In this document: one piece after another, positions 61,828 through 64,000 of the stretch
Numbering within the stretch: the stretch's first letter is position 1
Layout: each line of letters starts with the position of its first letter
From: Spirochaetia bacterium
GTDB lineage: Bacteria > Spirochaetota > Spirochaetia > SZUA-6 > Bin103
Assembly (NCBI GenBank): GCA_965199955.1
Contig: CBDATQ010000001.1
Span: 128,001-192,000, forward strand
Length of the DNA: 64,000 bases
Direction of reading: 5' to 3'
Notes under the pieces: model-generated
What the model was told of the DNA's origin: nothing
The model's database searches: none
What the model saw: the letters and a program-made list of their open reading frames with translations, nothing else
Translations under genes and position numbers: made by a program

Positions 61828-63177
61828 GTGATAGAGAAGCAGGACGAGCAACTCCAGGAGAACGCGGAGGTCAAGCTGTCGGTGACGGTCGCCGCCTCCG
61901 ACGTGCAACGCGTGTACGACGCCACGGTGGCAGAGCACTGTCGAACCGTGCGCATCAAGGGCTTTCGCAAGGGCAAGGTGCCGCGTGACGTCCTGATCCG
62001 CAAGGCGGGCGATGCCTTGCTCGCTGAGGCCGCCGAGCGCATCATCGGTGAGGCGGCCCAGGCAGCGCTGGAGGCCGCCGAGCATCCGCCGATCCGCTCC
62101 TCGCGCCCGCGGGTGGAGGCGGAAGAGCCGCTGGCGGTCGGCTCCGCGTTCCGCTTCGACCTGCTGTACGATACCAAGCCGGAGGTCAGCCTGGGCCGCT
62201 ACCGGGGCGTGGCCGTGACCCGTCCCCGCTTCCGCATCGAAGACGGTGACCTGCAGCGGGAGCTGGACGCCATCCGCGAGCAGAACGCCGTGATGGTGGA
62301 GAAGCAGTCCGACGTGGTCGAGAGCGGTGACGTGGTGGAGATCGACTACGTGGAGGTGGAGGACGGCCGCCCGGTCGCTTCCACCCGGCGCGAAGGGTTC
62401 GTGTTCGAGGTCGGCACCGGCTACAACCAGCACCGCATCGACGACGACCTGGTCGGCATGCGGGTCGACGATGAGCGCGACATCGACAAGACCTATCCCG
62501 ACGACTTCGAGGATGAGGCGCTCGCCGGCCGGTCGCTGGTGCTGCGGGTGCGCGTGCGCCGGCTGCGGGAGAAGCAGCTTCCGGAGCTCGACGACGAACT
62601 GGCGCAGGACGTCAGCGAGCGATTCGAGACCCTGGAGGATCTGAAGGCGGACATCCGCGAGCGCATCCGGAGCGACGGCGACCGGATCGTCCGTGAGCGG
62701 CTGATCTCCGCGATCATCACGGCCGTGGAGGAGGCTTCGGTGGTCCCCCTGCCGCGCTCCCTGGTGGACGCCGGCCTGGCCGCCGACTGGTCGGCCATGG
62801 TGTCGCGCTACGGCGGCAGCGAGCGCCGGGTGACCTTGGCGCTGGAGCGGTCCGGGACCGACCGCAACGCGCTCTTCGAGCAGTGGCGGCCGGCGGCCGA
62901 GCGCCGTACGCGCCTGATGCTGATCACGGACCGGCTGGCAGACGCCGAGGAGATAGCGGTCGCCGACGACGAGGTGGAGCAGGAGCTTGTGCGCCGCGCG
63001 CGCTCGCGCTCGATGGAGGTCGAAGAGCTGCGCGAGGCGTATGAGCGCAACGAGATGCTGCCGGCGCTGCGGGCCGATGTCCGCAACGAGAAGCTCTACG
63101 ACCGGCTGATCGAGCTCGCCGCGGTCAAGGAAGGCGAAGAGCTCTCCTATATGGACTTGGTATCCGGAAACAGCTAA
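61828..63177 (+). CDS. tig: Trigger factor
   Basis: [19 protein letters not shown]; upstream of clpP. Confidence 0.93.
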   Translation: MIEKQDEQLQENAEVKLSVTVAASDVQRVYDATVAEHCRTVRIKGFRKGKVPRDVLIRKAGDALLAEAAERIIGEAAQAALEAAEHPPIRSSRPRVEAEEPLAVGSAFRFDLLYDTKPEVSLGRYRGVAVTRPRFRIEDGDLQRELDAIREQNAVMVEKQSDVVESGDVVEIDYVEVEDGRPVASTRREGFVFEVGTGYNQHRIDDDLVGMRVDDERDIDKTYPDDFEDEALAGRSLVLRVRVRRLREKQLPELDDELAQDVSERFETLEDLKADIRERIRSDGDRIVRERLISAIITAVEEASVVPLPRSLVDAGLAADWSAMVSRYGGSERRVTLALERSGTDRNALFEQWRPAAERRTRLMLITDRLADAEEIAVADDEVEQELVRRARSRSMEVEELREAYERNEMLPALRADVRNEKLYDRLIELAAVKEGEELSYMDLVSGNS

Positions 63178-63259
63178 CTTTGAGGTGGCCGGCGGGGGAA
63201 TCCTTCCCGAGCCCGCGAACCAACCATGCACCGACCACTCCCATGAGCCGACCAATGCC

Positions 63260-63874
63260 ATGAACGAACAACTCAACGCCCTCGTACCAATCGTCATCGA
63301 ACAGACCGGGCGCGGCGAACGCTCGTACGACATCTACTCCCGGCTGCTCAAGGACCGGATCGTCTTCATCGACGGCGAAATCTACGACATCACCGCCGAT
63401 CTCGTGGTGGCGCAGCTCCTGTTCCTGGAATCGCAGGACCCGGAGAAGGACATCCACGTCTACATCAACTCGCCGGGCGGCATGGTGACCGCCGGTCTGG
63501 CCATCTACGACACGCTGCGCTACATCAGCGCGGACGTGCAGACGATCTGCCTGGGGCAGGCCGCGTCGATGGGCGCGTTGCTGCTGGCCGCCGGAACCAG
63601 GGGCAAGCGGACTGCCCTGCCGTCCGCCCGCCTCCTGATCCATCAGCCGTGGGGCGGCGTGTCCGGGCAGGCGGCCGACATCGGAATTCAGGCGCGCGAA
63701 CTGGTGCGCCTGAAGCGACTCATCATCAGCTACTTCGCGGAGTGCACGGGCAAGGACGAGAGCGTCGTTGCTCAGGACCTGGAACGGGACTACTACATGT
63801 CGTCGCACGAGGCGGCAGAGTACGGCCTGATCGACAAGGTGCTTACGCGGCGGGGTCCTGACGAGGCAAGCTGA
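63260..63874 (+). CDS. clpP: ATP-dependent Clp protease proteolytic subunit
   Basis: [32 protein letters not shown]. Confidence 0.96.
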   Translation: MNEQLNALVPIVIEQTGRGERSYDIYSRLLKDRIVFIDGEIYDITADLVVAQLLFLESQDPEKDIHVYINSPGGMVTAGLAIYDTLRYISADVQTICLGQAASMGALLLAAGTRGKRTALPSARLLIHQPWGGVSGQAADIGIQARELVRLKRLIISYFAECTGKDESVVAQDLERDYYMSSHEAAEYGLIDKVLTRRGPDEAS

Positions 63875-64000
63875 TGGCCAAGACCGCGAAGACTGACGAC
63901 AAGCTCTGCTCCTTCTGCGGCAAGACGGCGGACGCCGCACGCCGCCTGATCGCCGGGCCCGGCGTGTACATCTGCGACGAGTGCGTGGTCGTCTGCAAGA
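63874..64000 (+). CDS. clpX: ClpX, 5' partial
   Basis: LCSFCGK...[14 protein letters not shown] zinc-binding domain; overlaps the clpP stop. Confidence 0.93.
   Translation, partial: MAKTAKTDDKLCSFCGKTADAARRLIAGPGVYICDECVVVCK

Overview
GC-rich bacterial chromosomal window, mostly housekeeping, most consistent with a Spirochaetota genome. This is inferred from tRNA-Arg(GCG)+(TCG), archaeal-type PheRS and a stand-alone DbpA RNA-binding-domain protein. Order of content: tRNA-Ser x4/tRNA-Arg, SRP RNA, dnaX-ybaB-recR; a glycoside hydrolase; gatCAB-aspS(ND); a PTS-EIIA/diadenylate cyclase fusion; argS; a DAHP synthase-prephenate dehydratase fusion; pheST; nadE; a frameshifted rlpA; prpBC and prpD split by two inverted hypothetical genes; fdhA; a family-5 ABC importer; ftsK-uppP-rsmG; two tandem AAA-ATPase/PD-(D/E)XK nuclease paralogs; an ABC exporter; a CPA2-CBS antiporter; alr, ilvC, trmB, dksA-like, ilvE, apgM, an atypical SHMT, msrB; a second tRNA cluster; tig-clpP-clpX (partial). 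Thirteen tRNA genes were read directly from the sequence. I found no CRISPR array, integrase, transposase or prophage. The best leads are the DAHP synthase domain lacking two canonical metal ligands, the phospho-His EIIA-DAC fusion, the tandem AAA-nuclease pair, apparent TadA-independent Arg decoding, and several gene remnants (YhaV toxin, ABC-2 operon, amidohydrolase, rlpA SPOR domain). All family calls come from motif recognition; no database searches were run.
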